From positions 13,640,001 through 13,704,000 of the forward strand of contig CP075497.1 in NCBI GenBank assembly GCA_021613535.1: a stretch of DNA of 64,000 bases. The letters run 5' to 3'. Shown piece after piece: positions 12,701-27,700 of this stretch. Each line of letters opens with the position of its first letter. Positions within the stretch are counted from its first letter, which is position 1. The notes below the pieces were generated by a model. That model was not told the origin of the DNA. It saw nothing but the letters and a program-made list of their open reading frames with translations, and searched no databases. Position numbers and translations under genes: made by a program. The DNA is from Adineta vaga (Eukaryota; Animalia; Rotifera).

Positions 12701-15700
12701 TCTTTCCTTCGAAAGACTACAAAGAGCAGTAAGAGCTTTAGTTGAGAAACATCAAGTGTTGCGAACAAAACTTACATTCAATGAAAATGATGATGTATTA
12801 CGACAATGTGTACTTCATTCATTTGATATACCGTTTGTTGAATCGACAATATCTTTCGATGATAAAGAGGCACTTAATCAAATCCTTTTCAGTGAGGAAA
12901 CGCATCCATCATTATTTGATTATAATCAAGGTCATGTGTTCCGATGTCACATTGTTCGTAGAGATTTAGATAATAAAAATCACGATCTATTAACATCTGG
13001 TGACATAATTATCTTCAATTTTCATCATATAGCTTTCGATGCCTACTCCATTCCAATATTCTTTCAAGATCTGCAACATGCTTATTCAACTAATTGTACT
13101 CTCGAATCATCATCATCATCTTCTTCTTCTTCTTCTTCTTTTCAATTATATTGATTATGCTATACATGAACGTGAAATTGATTTTAGTGAAATGAAAGAG
13201 TTTTGGCATGAACATTTGCTTGGTTATTCAGATCATATTCTTCCATTACCATATGATCGATATCCATTGAATAAAACACGATCTGGTCGTGGCATAATAA
13301 TTAGTTTTGGTTTGTCCCAAGATATTGTCGATCAAATGCTCACTCACATGATTGAAAATGATGTTACTCTCTTTCAACTTGGTTTCGCTATTTTCTATAC
13401 TTATCTATTTAAACTTACTCAACAAACAGATTTATGTGTTCTTACCGTTAATGCTAATCGTCATCGACCAGAATTACAAGATATTATTGGTTTTTTTGTC
13501 AATACGTTGCCTTATCGTCTTTCAATGGATGCATGTTCGTTGGTTTTAGATATTATTCATCAAATAAAAGAACTTAGTTTAGCTGTTCTATCGTGCTCTG
13601 TTGTACCTTATCAAGACGTCATTGGTCGAAACTTATTTTCTAGTGTGATATTTGCTGTTGAAGAGTTTAGCCAAGTTGCCATGGGAAATTATACTCAACT
13701 CGATAGTGGTGCTAGGTTGCATCCGATTGATATGAATACTAATAAAATAGGTCATAGTAAATTCGATTTGTCATGCGATATTTGTCATGGTGATTCTTCC
13801 GGTGGAATTACATTGTCAATTACTGGCTCACTTGATATCTTTGACCAGGCGACTATGGATGTAATGGCTCATCGTTTCGAATGCCTGTTTGATCAAATAT
13901 TTGATTTAAAGCCAATATCTGGGCTATCGTTACTTTTTAATGAAGAATACGAGATATTAAATGATTTGAACAATACTTCTGTGCATATAAGTAGTATTGG
14001 TTGTATGCATCATGATTTCATGAGACGAGCTGAGTATCATTCACAGAAGATAGCTGTAATTCTGGAACATCAATCATTAACGTATGGCGAAACATTTTAT
14101 TATGTGCAACTACTGGCCCTTCATTTAATTACTGATATAGGGCTTAGGATTGGTGATCGGGTATATCAGTATGTAGAGCGATCTATTGAAATGGTTATCG
14201 GTATTTGGGCTATTTTGATGAGTGGTTGGTAAGAGAATACTTTTTCTATTTTCTTTAATTATCTCCATCATGTGTATCTTCTTTTATACAGTGTTTATGT
14301 TCCCGCAGCTAATTTGGCAGAACATACCGATCGTCTTCGTGATCAAATTTTAGCAATTAATCCCACCACTGTATTGGTATCCGATGGAACTAGTTTTAGT
14401 GATTTTGAAATAGTATCATTAAATATTGGTCAATATTTAAACAAAGTCATGAACAATAATCACATTGTTAACTTCAATTGTTTATTACAACGAATTTCGT
14501 CAACAATGTCTGAAGATTATGCTCATATTATTCTCACATCTGGTTCCACAGGACAACCCAAAGCAGTAAGTCTATTGCTCTTGATCAGAATTGGATTTGA
14601 GTCTCACATAAAGTTTTCATCAGAGCCCGAAACAATGTAGTATTTTACTGATTCGACTCACCTCGGTTCCTTAATGCTCTACCTCGCTTCGCTCCGGTTT
14701 TCGGAGGAAGGATCAAAATCGACTGCGAATATGTCGCATTTATTTATAATACGATGTACTTTTGCGATATTGCCCATCTGGAATGCATCACATTTCAAAT
14801 AATCAGTATCACAGTTCTTTTTCTGATAATTAGGAAAGAAAACATTTTTATCCAAAAAAGAATAAAACGTAGTCAATAAAAATTTACAGTTGACATGTGT
14901 ACTATGTTGTTTACAGTAGCTCTAATAACAGAGTTATCTGGAAATACGCAGCTTGAGTAAATCGTTCGTCAAAAGTTCATTCAGTTGTTCATTGCAGCAC
15001 TGACTTTACTAACATCCATTACAACGTCGCACTGATGACACAGAAACACTTACTACAATTGATATACATATAGTCCGAAAAACAGTACATGGCGGTGTAT
15101 CAATATCTTCAACACTGAAATGCAAAAATTTCCAGTGCAGTCTGCGTCCCAGTGATTTTACTAATATCATATTAGTGAGAATTTTTCATTATTTTTACTG
15201 AAACTGCATGTCTAAAACAATCGATAAAAGTTGAGGTGTCACTTTTCACCCCAACTCGCTTTGCTTCGTTCGTTTTGGGCTCTAGTTTTCATGGTCGTCC
15301 GTATCTAAACATAAAAATATCTTCTTACCAAATTATTTGTTTACCATTTGTAGGTGCAAATTCGCCATAAAAACTTTGTTTCATATGCACGCAATCACTT
15401 ATTTGCAGCTCGTTTTACTCATGTCTATACTATAAGTGCCGATGATATCGTCCTTCAACATACTCAGTCTTCATTTGATGTTCACGTTGAGGAAGTGTGC
15501 GCAACATTAATGAATGGTGGTCAATTAGTACTTCTTCGTCCTTATGGTCATTTAGATGCGGACTATGTAACAAAATTGATTTGTGAGCACAATGTCTCTC
15601 ATATGAATCTGGTCCCTGCTCAAATTGCATCATTAAGTGAACAATTCCACTGTTATCCAATGCGTGCTCGCTCACTTAGAAGTGTTGCTTCAGCTGGTAA

Positions 15701-18700
15701 GTGTTCAACATATTAAAAAACGATAATTCTGAAAAGCTTTGTTCTTTTATAGGCGAATCAATATTGGTGCGCACGTCGCTTAAACTACTATCCTGTCTAC
15801 CACTAACCTGCACTCTGTACAATTCTTATGGACCTGCTGAAACAACTCAAAGTGCAACTGGTTTTGTTATTAGTCATTGTGAAACTACTTTGCACAACAG
15901 CTTATCAACAATAGTACCGATCGGTCGTCTACTGCCCAATTATCAAGCACTTTTACTGGATATTTTCTTACAACCAGTATGCATTGGTCAACCAAGTGAA
16001 CTGTTCATTGGCGGCAATGGCTTGTTTAATGGATATTACAATCGACCAGATCTCACCCAACAAGTGATGTTACACATACAAGGAGATCTGTGGTACAAAA
16101 CAGGAGATATTGTAACCTTGAAGAAGGATAAACAAATACATTTTCTTGGTCGCCGAGACTATCAGGTTCGTATCAAAATCTTGAATACGAAATATCAACG
16201 GGCTTTGCATACACGCCAGTTGACCCACAGAATCAGTAGGATCTATCAATAAATTCAAAAAAAACTCTTTTCTTTCGCAAAAGCTATAGTATTCTTCGAT
16301 CACATTAACGAGATAAATCTCTATCTCTTCTAAATTGATAGATCCCATTTATTAATTATTTTCCCGTAAGATTTCAAGAACCTCTCCACCCTAAAATATC
16401 ATAGTCCGTCCAAATATCAATTACATACATAGATATCTTTTCGATTCGATAATTCAAAGTACTTTCATTATTATATGAATAGAGCAAACTCTTAAACGTG
16501 ACCACCTTTCCTAATAGGTAAAACTACATGGTCAACGAATCGAATTAGAAGAAATAGAAGCTACCATACTAGCGTTTTCAAACAATATCGCCAATTGTAT
16601 TGTTCTGAAACTCTCGCATAATGATATAGAACACCTTTTTGCTTATCTCCAAGTGGGACCACACGAAATCAACACACAATCCCTCCGAGATTATTGCTCC
16701 ATACGATTACCTCAATACATGATACCTACACTATTCATTCAACTTGATCTTTTCCCTTTAAACACGAATGGAAAAATAGATCGAAAAGCTCTTCCATTAC
16801 CCGATTTCACTCTTCTATCAACAATTACACATAATAACGATCAACCAAAAACAAATATCGAACAATGTATACATTCCATTTGGTGTCACGTTCTTCCACA
16901 TCTTACATCGATTTCAGTTTCACAAAATTTCTTTTCTTTGGGTGGTAATTCATTATCTTTGATGAAACTTCATCATTTATATCAAATAGAATTTAAACAT
17001 AATCTCAATATGAGTGAACTTTTTCGTTATCCTACTATTCGTGATCATGCTCGATTATTTCTCGAACAAAAACATTCATCTTTAACAGATAACATACAAT
17101 GGCAATCGCTTCATCTCAATGAAGGTAATTCAAAAATATGAAAAAGAAAAACTAATCTTCTTTCTGTTGATATTCTCATAGGTCCTGCATCATTTGCTCA
17201 AACACGTATCTATCTAGACGAACAAATTCATTTTGCATCTTCATCAACAGCTATCTATCATATGCCCTTTGCTCTTGAAATAGATCAACATTGTTCTCTT
17301 TCCTTCGAAAGACTACAAAGAGCAGTAAGAGCTTTAGTTGAGAAACATCAAGTGTTGCGAACAAAACTTACATTCAATGAAAATGATGATGTATTACGAC
17401 AATGTGTACTTCATTCATTTGATATACCGTTTGTTGAATCGACAATATCTTTCGATGATAAAGAGGCACTTAATCAAATCCTTTTCAGTGAGGAAACGCA
17501 TCCATCATTATTTGATTATAATCAAGGTCATGTGTTCCGATGTCACATTGTTCGTAGAGATTTAGATAATAAAAATCACGATCTATTAACATCTGGTGAC
17601 ATAATTATCTTCAATTTTCATCATATAGCTTTCGATGCCTACTCCATTCCAATATTCTTTCAAGATCTGCAACATGCTTATTCAACTAATTGTACTCTCG
17701 AATCATCATCATCATCTTCTTCTTCTTCTTCTTCTTTCAATTATATTGATTATGCTATACATGAACGTGAAATTGATTTTAGTGAAATGAAAGAGTTTTG
17801 GCATGAACATTTGCTTGGTTATTCAGATCATATTCTTCCATTACCATATGATCGATATCCATTGAATAAAACACGATCTGGTCGTGGTATAACAATCAAT
17901 TTTGAGTTATCAGCAAAATTAGTTGATCAAATGTACAAATTTGCTGTTGAACATGAATTAACTCTCTTTCAACTTGGATTAGCTTCTTTCTATACTTATC
18001 TATTTAAACTTACTCAACAAACAGATTTGTATGTGAATTGTGTGTTTGCAAACAGAAATCGTCATGAACTTCAGGATATTATTGGATTCTTCGTCAATAC
18101 ACTCCCACATCATATGAATGTGGATCCCTTTCAATCATTTGAAGCATTTGTAATGTGTGTGAAGCAGCTTTCATTGATGATCATGTCTAATAGCCGACTG
18201 CCTTATCAGGATATTATTGGTGGTCAAAGCACTCAAATAATGTTTCTATCTGATAGTGATAGTGACAATGACAGGAGTCACTTTAGGCTTGATAATAATA
18301 ATACTCTTCATGTACTTTCGAGAGAAGAAAGTGATGTAGCAAAATTTGACCTGACATGTGCATGGTATGAAAATGTCAACGATCGAACCGTTAATATTTC
18401 ACTGAATGGCTCATCTGATCTGTTTGATAGATTGTCACTTTCAATGATGTATGATCGATTCGAACAAATGCTTGAGCAATTATTTAAGTTGTCTTCTTTG
18501 TGTGAGGCTTCATTGATATTATCCAATGAGAGGAAATTATTGACTGAAATAAGTTATGGTCCTGAACTAAGGTGTGGCAATGAATGGCAACCTATTCATC
18601 ATACATTTGTGTTACGAGCTGACGAATATCCGCAGAAAATAGCGGTAATTCTTGATGAACAGTGTCTTACCTATGGTGAACTTCTCAATCAAAGTCAACA

Positions 18701-21700
18701 GTTTGCTGTGTATTTGATAGATATGTGCGATGTAAAAGAGCAAGATATAGTGGTGCAATGTGTTGAGCGTAGTATCGAGATGGTGATTGGAATTATGGCT
18801 ATAATGATAGCTGGTGCTGTGTATTGCCCGTTGTCAATTGATCTTCCTTTAGAAAGAAAGTTATCACTGATCGAGCAAACCCATTCGAAATGTGTTCTTG
18901 TTGAAGACAGTACGGTAGATTTCGAAGGATATACGTGCATTGCATTGAAGAGTGTGATTATATTTAATGGCACCGCAGAAATGTCCGATATCCTGTCTTG
19001 TGTGAAAGTAAATTTGCAATCGACTGCGTATATTATTTTCACAAGTGGATCAACTGGTATGCCAAAGGGTATAGGTACGAGTCATCTCAGTTTTGCTCAG
19101 TTCTTGGCGTCTTTAGTGCAATCAAAATATATCGACTCGAATGAATTATCATGCAAGTGAGTAAATGCTCATTTGATGTTCATGCGTTTGAGACGATTGG
19201 TGGTTTAACACTTGGTGCTTCATTGATTCTCCTTCACTCTCACGGCAATCTCGATGCACATTATTTGTATCAAACTATTCTAAACGAACATGTGACATTT
19301 GTTAATTGGGTACCCACAACTATTGAAGCGATCTGCGAGTGTGTCATTACTAATAACGAAACCATGCCACCGTTAACTAGTTTACGATGTGTTGCAACAG
19401 GAGGTAATATTTCTAATAATATGAGATACTTATTTTCCACTACGATTTTGTATGTTTAGGCGAGTTGGTTTATGGAAGAATTGTTCATCTTCTATTCACT
19501 CATTTAATATCATCCTCATGCCGGATAGTAAATCTTTATTCACCCGCTGAATGCACGATATTTGCCCTTCATTACTCTGTTCCAAATTCTTCATCTAACT
19601 TGTCGGAAATGAACATAATTCCGCTAGGTCAATGTCTACCAGGACGTCAGGTAGCTGTACTTGACAAATACAAGCAACAAGTGATCCCAGATGGTAGCAT
19701 GGCTGGGGAAATTTACCTTGGAGGGTGCAGTGTTTTCTCTGGTTACATCACCCAAACGCAAGAAACCATGAAAGCGCTTTGTGTATTACCAGGACGTGAA
19801 GGGAACTTCTACAAAACCAACGACCTCGGTAAAATAAATTCTCAAGGATATATTCTGTTCAGCGGGCGTATTGATCATCAAATTAAGTTCAGGGGACAAC
19901 GTATTGAGATGGGTGAGATTGAGGCCATTATTCTCGGATCATCAGCTGTTATCAACAACTGTTTAGTCATCGATTATACCATGAATCAACAGCAACATCT
20001 GATTGCTTATATTCATACTACACAGCCTCAACCTAATTTACGAGATTATTGCACACAACACCTTCCATTATACATGGTTCCATCTCTTTTCATCATTCTT
20101 GATAAATTACCTTTAAACACGAATGGAAAAATAGATCGAAAAGCTCTTCCATTACCCGATTTCACTCTTCTATCAACAATTACACATAATAACGATCAAC
20201 CAAAAACAAATATCGAACAATGTATACATTCCATTTGGTGTCACGTTCTTCCACATCTTACATCGATTTCAGTTTCACAAAATTTCTTTTCTTTGGGTGG
20301 TAATTCATTATCTTTGATGAAACTTCATCATTTATATCAAATAGAATTTAAACATAATCTCAATATGAGTGAACTTTTTCGTTATCCTACTATTCGTGAT
20401 CATGCTCGATTATTTCTCGAACAAAAACATTCATCTTTAACAGATAACATACAATGGCAATCGCTTCATCTCAATGAAGGTAATTCAAAAATATGAAAAA
20501 GAAAAACTAATCTTCTTTCTGTTGATATTCTCATAGGTCCTGCATCATTTGCTCAAACACGTATCTATCTAGACGAACAAATTCATTTTGCATCTTCATC
20601 AACAGCTATCTATCATATGCCCTTTGCTCTTGAAATAGATCAACATTGTTCTCTTTCCTTCGAAAGACTACAAAGAGCAGTAAGAGCTTTAGTTGAGAAA
20701 CATCAAGTGTTGCGAACAAAACTTACATTCAATGAAAATGATGATGTATTACGACAATGTGTACTTCATTCATTTGATATACCGTTTGTTGAATCGACAA
20801 TATCTTTCGATGATAAAGAGGCACTTAATCAAATCCTTTTCAGTGAGGAAACGCATCCATCATTATTTGATTATAATCAAGGTCATGTGTTCCGATGTCA
20901 CATTGTTCGTAGAGATTTAGATAATAAAAATCACGATCTATTAACATCTGGTGACATAATTATCTTCAATTTTCATCATATAGCTTTCGATGCCTACTCC
21001 ATTCCAATATTCTTTCAAGATCTGCAACATGCTTATTCAACTAATTGTACTCTCGAATCATCATCATCATCTTCTTCTTCTTCTTCTTCTTTCAATTATA
21101 TTGATTATGCTATACATGAACGTGAAATTGATTTTAGTGAAATGAAAGAGTTTTGGCATGAACATTTGCTTGGTTATTCAGATCATATTCTTCCATTACC
21201 ATATGATCGATATCCATTGAATAAAACACGATCTGGTCGTGGCATAACAATCAATTTTGAGTTATCAGCAGAATTAGTTGATCAAATGTACAAATTTGCT
21301 GTTGAACATGAATTAACTCTCTTTCAACTTGGATTAGCTTCTTTCTATACTTATCTATTTAAACTTACTCAACAAACAGATTTATGCGTGGGTACAGTAA
21401 CTTCTAATCGGCAGCTAGCGCAATTGGCCCATATTATCGGTTTCTTTGTTAACACGTTACCGTATCGAATGATCGTGAAACCTGAAGAGGGTTACTTTTA
21501 TTTGATTAGGCTCTTAAAAGAGTTTTCTCTCAATGTCCAGCGTCATTCTTTTTTGCCTTTTCAAGATGTGATTGGTAACAAATCATCGATGCAGACAATG
21601 TTTCTTTTAATGGAAGACACTGAAGATACTACTGTTATGTTAGAGAGTGGAATGGTTTGTCGTTTATCATCAGTTAAAAATTTCGAAGACAGCACGGCAA

Positions 21701-24700
21701 AATTCGACGTTACATGTGCAATGACTCATTCTACTAAACAAAATCGTTCAATCTCTCTCGCCTTTGGCGGATCTCTCGATTTGTTTGATCGATCCACAAT
21801 AAATAGTATGATCGATCGGTTCGAACTCACATTGCTCCAACTGTTTTCAGCATCAGAGGCGCAGCCGTTAATGGACATTTCGTTGTTGACAGATAGCGAG
21901 TATAAGGTACTGAGGAATTTGCAAGGTGAAAAGCTCCATGCTGATATTATATCAACTGATTCTATTCATCATCAATTTGTTGTGCGAGCTTGTGATCATC
22001 CTCAAAAGGTGAGCATCATATTAGACGAACAATATTTGAGTTATGCTGAAGTTCTATATTATGCTCAACAAGTTGCTGTTCATTTAAAACATAAAGAAAA
22101 CGTAGAAAAACAAGATATTATCGGTATTTGTCTGGAGAGATGTGTAGAAACAGTTATAGGGGTTGTCGCTGTTTTAATGTGCAATGCAATTTATTGCCCA
22201 TTATCACCGGACGATCCTTTTGATAGATTACTTGCGCTCATTGATGAAGTGCAATGCAAATGCATTCTCGTTAATTCTATGACAAAGACGATTATTGCTG
22301 ATAAAAAAGTCATCATTAATGAAATTGTTCTGTGTACAATTCCAAATAGTATGGAATCATGTGAAGAATTATCGGATTATAAATCCAATATAGCTTACAT
22401 TATTTTTACTAGTGGCTCAACAGGCATGCCGAAAGCAGCACCAATTTCTCATTATAATTTCCTTCTTGCTATGGCATCATTTATTCAATCGAATATAATC
22501 AAATCTACTGAGATTATTGTTCAAATGAGCAAATGTTCATTTGATGTTCATGCGATGGAATTAATGGGGAGTTTGACACTTGGTGCTACTCTTGTTCTTC
22601 TTCGACCTAACGGAAATCTCGACATGCATTACTTATATCATACGATTCAAGATCACCAAGTAACGTTTATTTTTCTAGTGCCCACAGTTATTCAACTGCT
22701 CTGCGGATGGTTACACGATTATCAAATATTTTTAACTACGCTCCGATGTGTTGGTACAGGTGGTAAGCAAAATTTATAAAAACACTTGGTTTTGATACAT
22801 TTCTTTTAATGTAACATGTCAGAAGCTCAAAATATTTTGCATATTTCGAATGAGTAACAGTGTCAAAAGTATTTTTTAAAATTTAAGAGGTTAGCGAACC
22901 GATGACAATTTAAAATAGTTATAACTGGATCAAGGGAAAAACGATGGATTCCTGGGATTCCAAATCTGTAAGAGTACAATGAAAATCTCAAGAGTGGAAT
23001 GAGTATTCGGCAAGTACGATGAGTGTCTCTGAATTTTCATCGTGCTTCGAAGATTCCCATTGTATTTTGGAGATTCTCATCGTACTTCTAGGATTCTCGT
23101 CATATTTCCGGGATTCCAATTGTAGTACCCGGATTGTGGCTGTACTCCTCAGATTAACACTGTACTCCCTGGATTCTTGCTGTACTCTCAGGATTTTCAT
23201 TGTACTTCCAGGGAGTCGAAATTCCAAAAATCCGCCATTTACGCTTTGTCCGAATATACAACTGGAATCTTCGGAGTACAAGGGAGACCCAGAGGATCCA
23301 GGGAGCACGGTGAAAATCCAGAATATCCTGAGAGTACAAAACCCGCTGTTCCCCCCTTAAACTGGATTTAAAACATTCAATCCCATTTGTAACTATGAAA
23401 TTTTTAATGGATCTGAATGTATTTAATGAGTAATCGGTAATTCTTTTATTTTGATGAGCATGTTTTACAGAACAGAACAGAACAGAACAGTTGACAATGT
23501 ATGTCTTTGCAATGAACTCTATTCTTCGATTGCTCATTAAAAATGATTTTTTTTTATAACAATCGTGTGTATTTTTGGTGATAAATTTTCCCGAAATCTA
23601 GATTGAGTTTGACCGATCATTATAGAAAATTACTAATCAACATTTATGGAGGAGAATTATCTTACTTTTGCAAGTCATGATTTATGACTTGTGTTTATCG
23701 TTATGCGTTGTATTAGTTTACTGACTACGTGTTTTAATTTCCACACGTCGTAGCGAAACTCTCCTAAACCAAACCATATTATATATTGTATCTGGTTAAC
23801 ACTCACCTTCAAACTTTAAGTAGCCGAGAGTAGAAATAAGAAGTTGATTCTGCTTCAAGTCTGATGATTATGATTCGAGACGAGATTGATACTGAATATA
23901 AGTTATCACAGGCTTCAGATATCCCTTAGTCAGGAGTAGAATTATGTATATTATAATTCAAAATAAAACTCGTATGCTAAGTTATTATTTCTTCATTTTT
24001 TATTTTATTGATGTCTATATAAATACACTTATTGGTTGGCTTATTCAAATGCTCTTTTGCATTAACAACATGACGAAAGGAATAAAATAACTACGCATAA
24101 AAAATAATGCTATGGAAGAAAAAAGTGAAAGATGAGATCGTTAGTACAGAGTATGCAATCTTCTATAAGATAAAGAGAAGACAGAAAGATATGCTAAAAA
24201 GTTTAGCTCATCCCTACTGTATGAGATCATGTGTAACACCTTAAAGAAAATTGCGAAGGCTTTAGTCTTAAATTCTTGAAAATCCTGTAACGTTGAACGA
24301 AGTTTATCAATTTAAACAGTTAATGCTGTTTTTTCTTACTGATAACTTATCAAAACGTTGCTTCATATATTTTTGAAATCCTCAAAGCCTCTTGAAAGTT
24401 CGTGAGATCTGAAGTTCTCTGGTTGTGCATTGATTATAATTTAGTGTGGATATAACTAGTTAAAGAGTAGAAATTTGACTAATAGCCTCGAAGTTACAAG
24501 CACTGCTAAATAATAATATTCATTAATGAGTAAAGCAAAACTACTTCGGAGTAAATCTCATGACTATAATTATTAATCGAAATTAGCCATATGAGTAAGT
24601 TTTGAGTTCACAGATCGGATTTGCGTATACCTCTCAAATCAGTTAGAACTTTTTTTATAAATTTTCTCAGTTATTTCTTTTCATATTTTACTCTTCCGTT

Positions 24701-27700
24701 ATGCATTCAGTAAATTCACTAATTATTTCATTCTTCTTCCTTTTGATATTTTAGTTGTTCCTATTATGAGATTCGCACTGTACACACTGAGTTTTTCTTT
24801 TATGTTTGTTCATTTATTGCTAACATTTTTCGAACAAAGTATACTTATCTGTATATATAAATTTGACGAACGATTTTCCAGCTAAGAATTAAACAGAGCA
24901 ATCAAAACCGAATCTAGTTATTTGAAAATGCGTATTTATCAGTTTGAGAGTTAAAACTAGTGTAGATATAACTAGGGTAATAACTTTTTGGACAAATAGT
25001 TAGTAGAGTTGTAACTATGTACCATGGCTATAGCTGTCAACTGCAATTATAACCGTCAACTACCGAAATTTTGTCAATCTCACTAGCATTTAGATCTTCA
25101 GAACCTCAATTATGGAATTTAGTAAAGCGACATTTTGAAGTAAAATTTTCTTTCAATTCGTGTTATTATTTAAAACATTCTTTTCTGCTAAAATGAGAGA
25201 CGACTTTAGCTTGATACAACCACACACAATATTGAATTCATAGTTTATCTGTAAATTCAGTTGTATTATTCGCAGTGTGGGTGTTATAGCCAGTGTCGTT
25301 ATAACTCTAGTTATACCTGTTGTAACTTTTTGCTGATTTTCTTCACTAATAACTTTTTAGAAAATATTTTTAACTTTCAAACTGGTATTTATGCTATCTT
25401 GTATACTATATGCTTTTCTGTTTAAAAAAATTTAGTTTATCTGTTTGCTTCGTGTAGTATGGGAAACAGCTTTGGAAAAAGAAGAAGAATGCATTTTTCT
25501 ACACCAGATCATATTTGGTATCGTCAAAGAAGTTTTTTTTCAAACACAGAAGAATAGTTAAATATGAAATGTCATATATACTTTGAATCTACGATGATTC
25601 GAATTTTTTTGATGTGTATTAAATGAGTTTTATTCTGAACAGCAAAAAGTTAGAGTACCTGAAAATACAAACTTCCCAGTAAGTGTGTTGCAACCAGGGT
25701 TGCCGGGTCAAACTCTTAAAAATCGGAATTTTTGTTTCCTGCATTTGGAAAAAAACGGTTTGGATAGTGGCTTTGTAAGTTTTTTGACGCTTAAGGTAAA
25801 TGTTTTTAGTAGAGAAAGGTTTCTGAGTTTCATTACCCTCTCTATCCAGAGAATAAAAGCATAAGAAAGCTTTTATGAGAATGATGAAATAAGCATACTA
25901 GATATAACTCTATTGAAAAATATTATTTTCAAGAAGAGACAATGGATATTAAAACGGCAATCACTCAAAATAACCTATATATACATATGCTGTTCAGAAT
26001 ATTTGTTAAAGAAAAAGCAAAACTTCACTTCTCAACATATACTTTATAACAAACGATTCATTTAAATCTTTTTTGAAATATCTTAGATGAGATTTGAAAA
26101 AAGATGTCTATCATATTGGACCTTCTTTTCTTTCTTGTTTTATCTGCCAGCATAACGGGTGGCCCATAAAGAATGATAGTCTTAGTATTTTTTGGGTATT
26201 TCTTCCATTTTTCATTGGATTGGTTTAATTTTTTTTTCGAACGAATCGCCGTTCGATCCTCTACAAAACTGGGTATTTATTATTGTGTTCGATTAAATTG
26301 ATTTCATTTAAGAAAATGAAAAGTAAAGATTTATAAAAGCTCGTACTTTCAAAGTATAAAAATGGTGATGGACCAAAAAATATTTTTCAAGATCTCGCCG
26401 GTGTCATCAGTCTTCCGACGATCGGAAGGTGGTGCAAAAGCATCCGTGAAACCGGTTGCATCAATTTATCAAGATCATTCGGTCGCCCAAAAACCATTCG
26501 AACGAAAGCGGCAATTCGAAAGGTGAAACATCGATGGGAAAAGCGAAAGTCTGTTTCCTCTCGAAAACTGGCTCGTGAATTGGGTATTTCTCGAACGAGT
26601 GTTCAGAGAATACTCAAAAATGATCTAGGACTCCATGCCTATAAAAGACGAAATGAACCAATGCTCACTGATGAGCATAAAGAAAAAAGAATCTAATTTG
26701 CTAATTGGACACGAATAAACTTCCGAAAAGAAGACACGATGAAAATTCTGTTTTCTGTTGAGAAGATGTTCGACATTGATGGAGTATATAACTCTCAAAA
26801 TGACCGAATATGGGCGGCTAATCGTGCAAAAGCTGATATCAAAGGTGGTATTCGGCAAAAACGCAAATTTCCGCAAAAAGTTATGGTTTGGCTGGGGTTT
26901 GTTCTAAAGGGGTATCGCCTTTAGTGGTTTTCGAGAAAGGAACAGTCGATCATGATCGATACATCAAGGAAGTGCTTCCAGTCGCTCTCAAGTTTGCCAA
27001 CGACATGTTTGGAAACAACTGGACTTTTCAACAAGATGGTGCAAAGCCACACACTCATACAAAATCACAAGAATGGTGCACCAAGCACTTTCCTTCGTTT
27101 ATTGACAAGAATCATTGGCCTCCAAATAGTCCAGAGCTGAACCCATTGGACTACAGCATCTGGAACGAATTTTCTCAACTGATCGAGTGGGATGTAGTAT
27201 CATCTAAAAGAACATTAATCTCTGCTCTAAAACGTGCTGTTCGTAAAATTTCACCAGATGTTGTTTTTGAAAGTTGTTCATCTTGGACTAATCGATTGCA
27301 TCGATTGTCTCAAGACAAGGGAAATTATATAAGATAATCAAAATGCCTATTTTTGTAGAGAATTGATTAGGGATTCTTGTAAAAAAAAATTAGATCCATG
27401 GAGTGAAAAATGGAATGGATATTCAAGAAATACTAAGACTATCATTCTTTATGGGCCACCCGTTAGAATCATCTAACATAATATGATATTTGTTAAAAGT
27501 CATCTCGTAAGTTGTGATAACAACACAATCTTAAAATTACTACGAATCGGAAAAACTTTAAAAATTTGGACGATCTGACAGTCCCGGTTATAAGATAGAC
27601 TCTCTAGTTTATGTTATTGCGTTACTGAGAAAGTACTGTGCTAGACATAAGAAAAAGCTCATTAGAGAACATATCGCTAAGGAGAATGTTATCCTGTTAT

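Noticed and set aside
15025-15060. Other CTGATGA hits (15032, 23861, 6690, 1354) as hammerheads
   Set aside because: No proper stem II plus GAAA/NUH arrangement.
22931-23359. CRISPR-like array
   Set aside because: Units are degenerate, occur in both orientations, lack unique spacers and are bounded by TIR/TSD; no cas genes are present.
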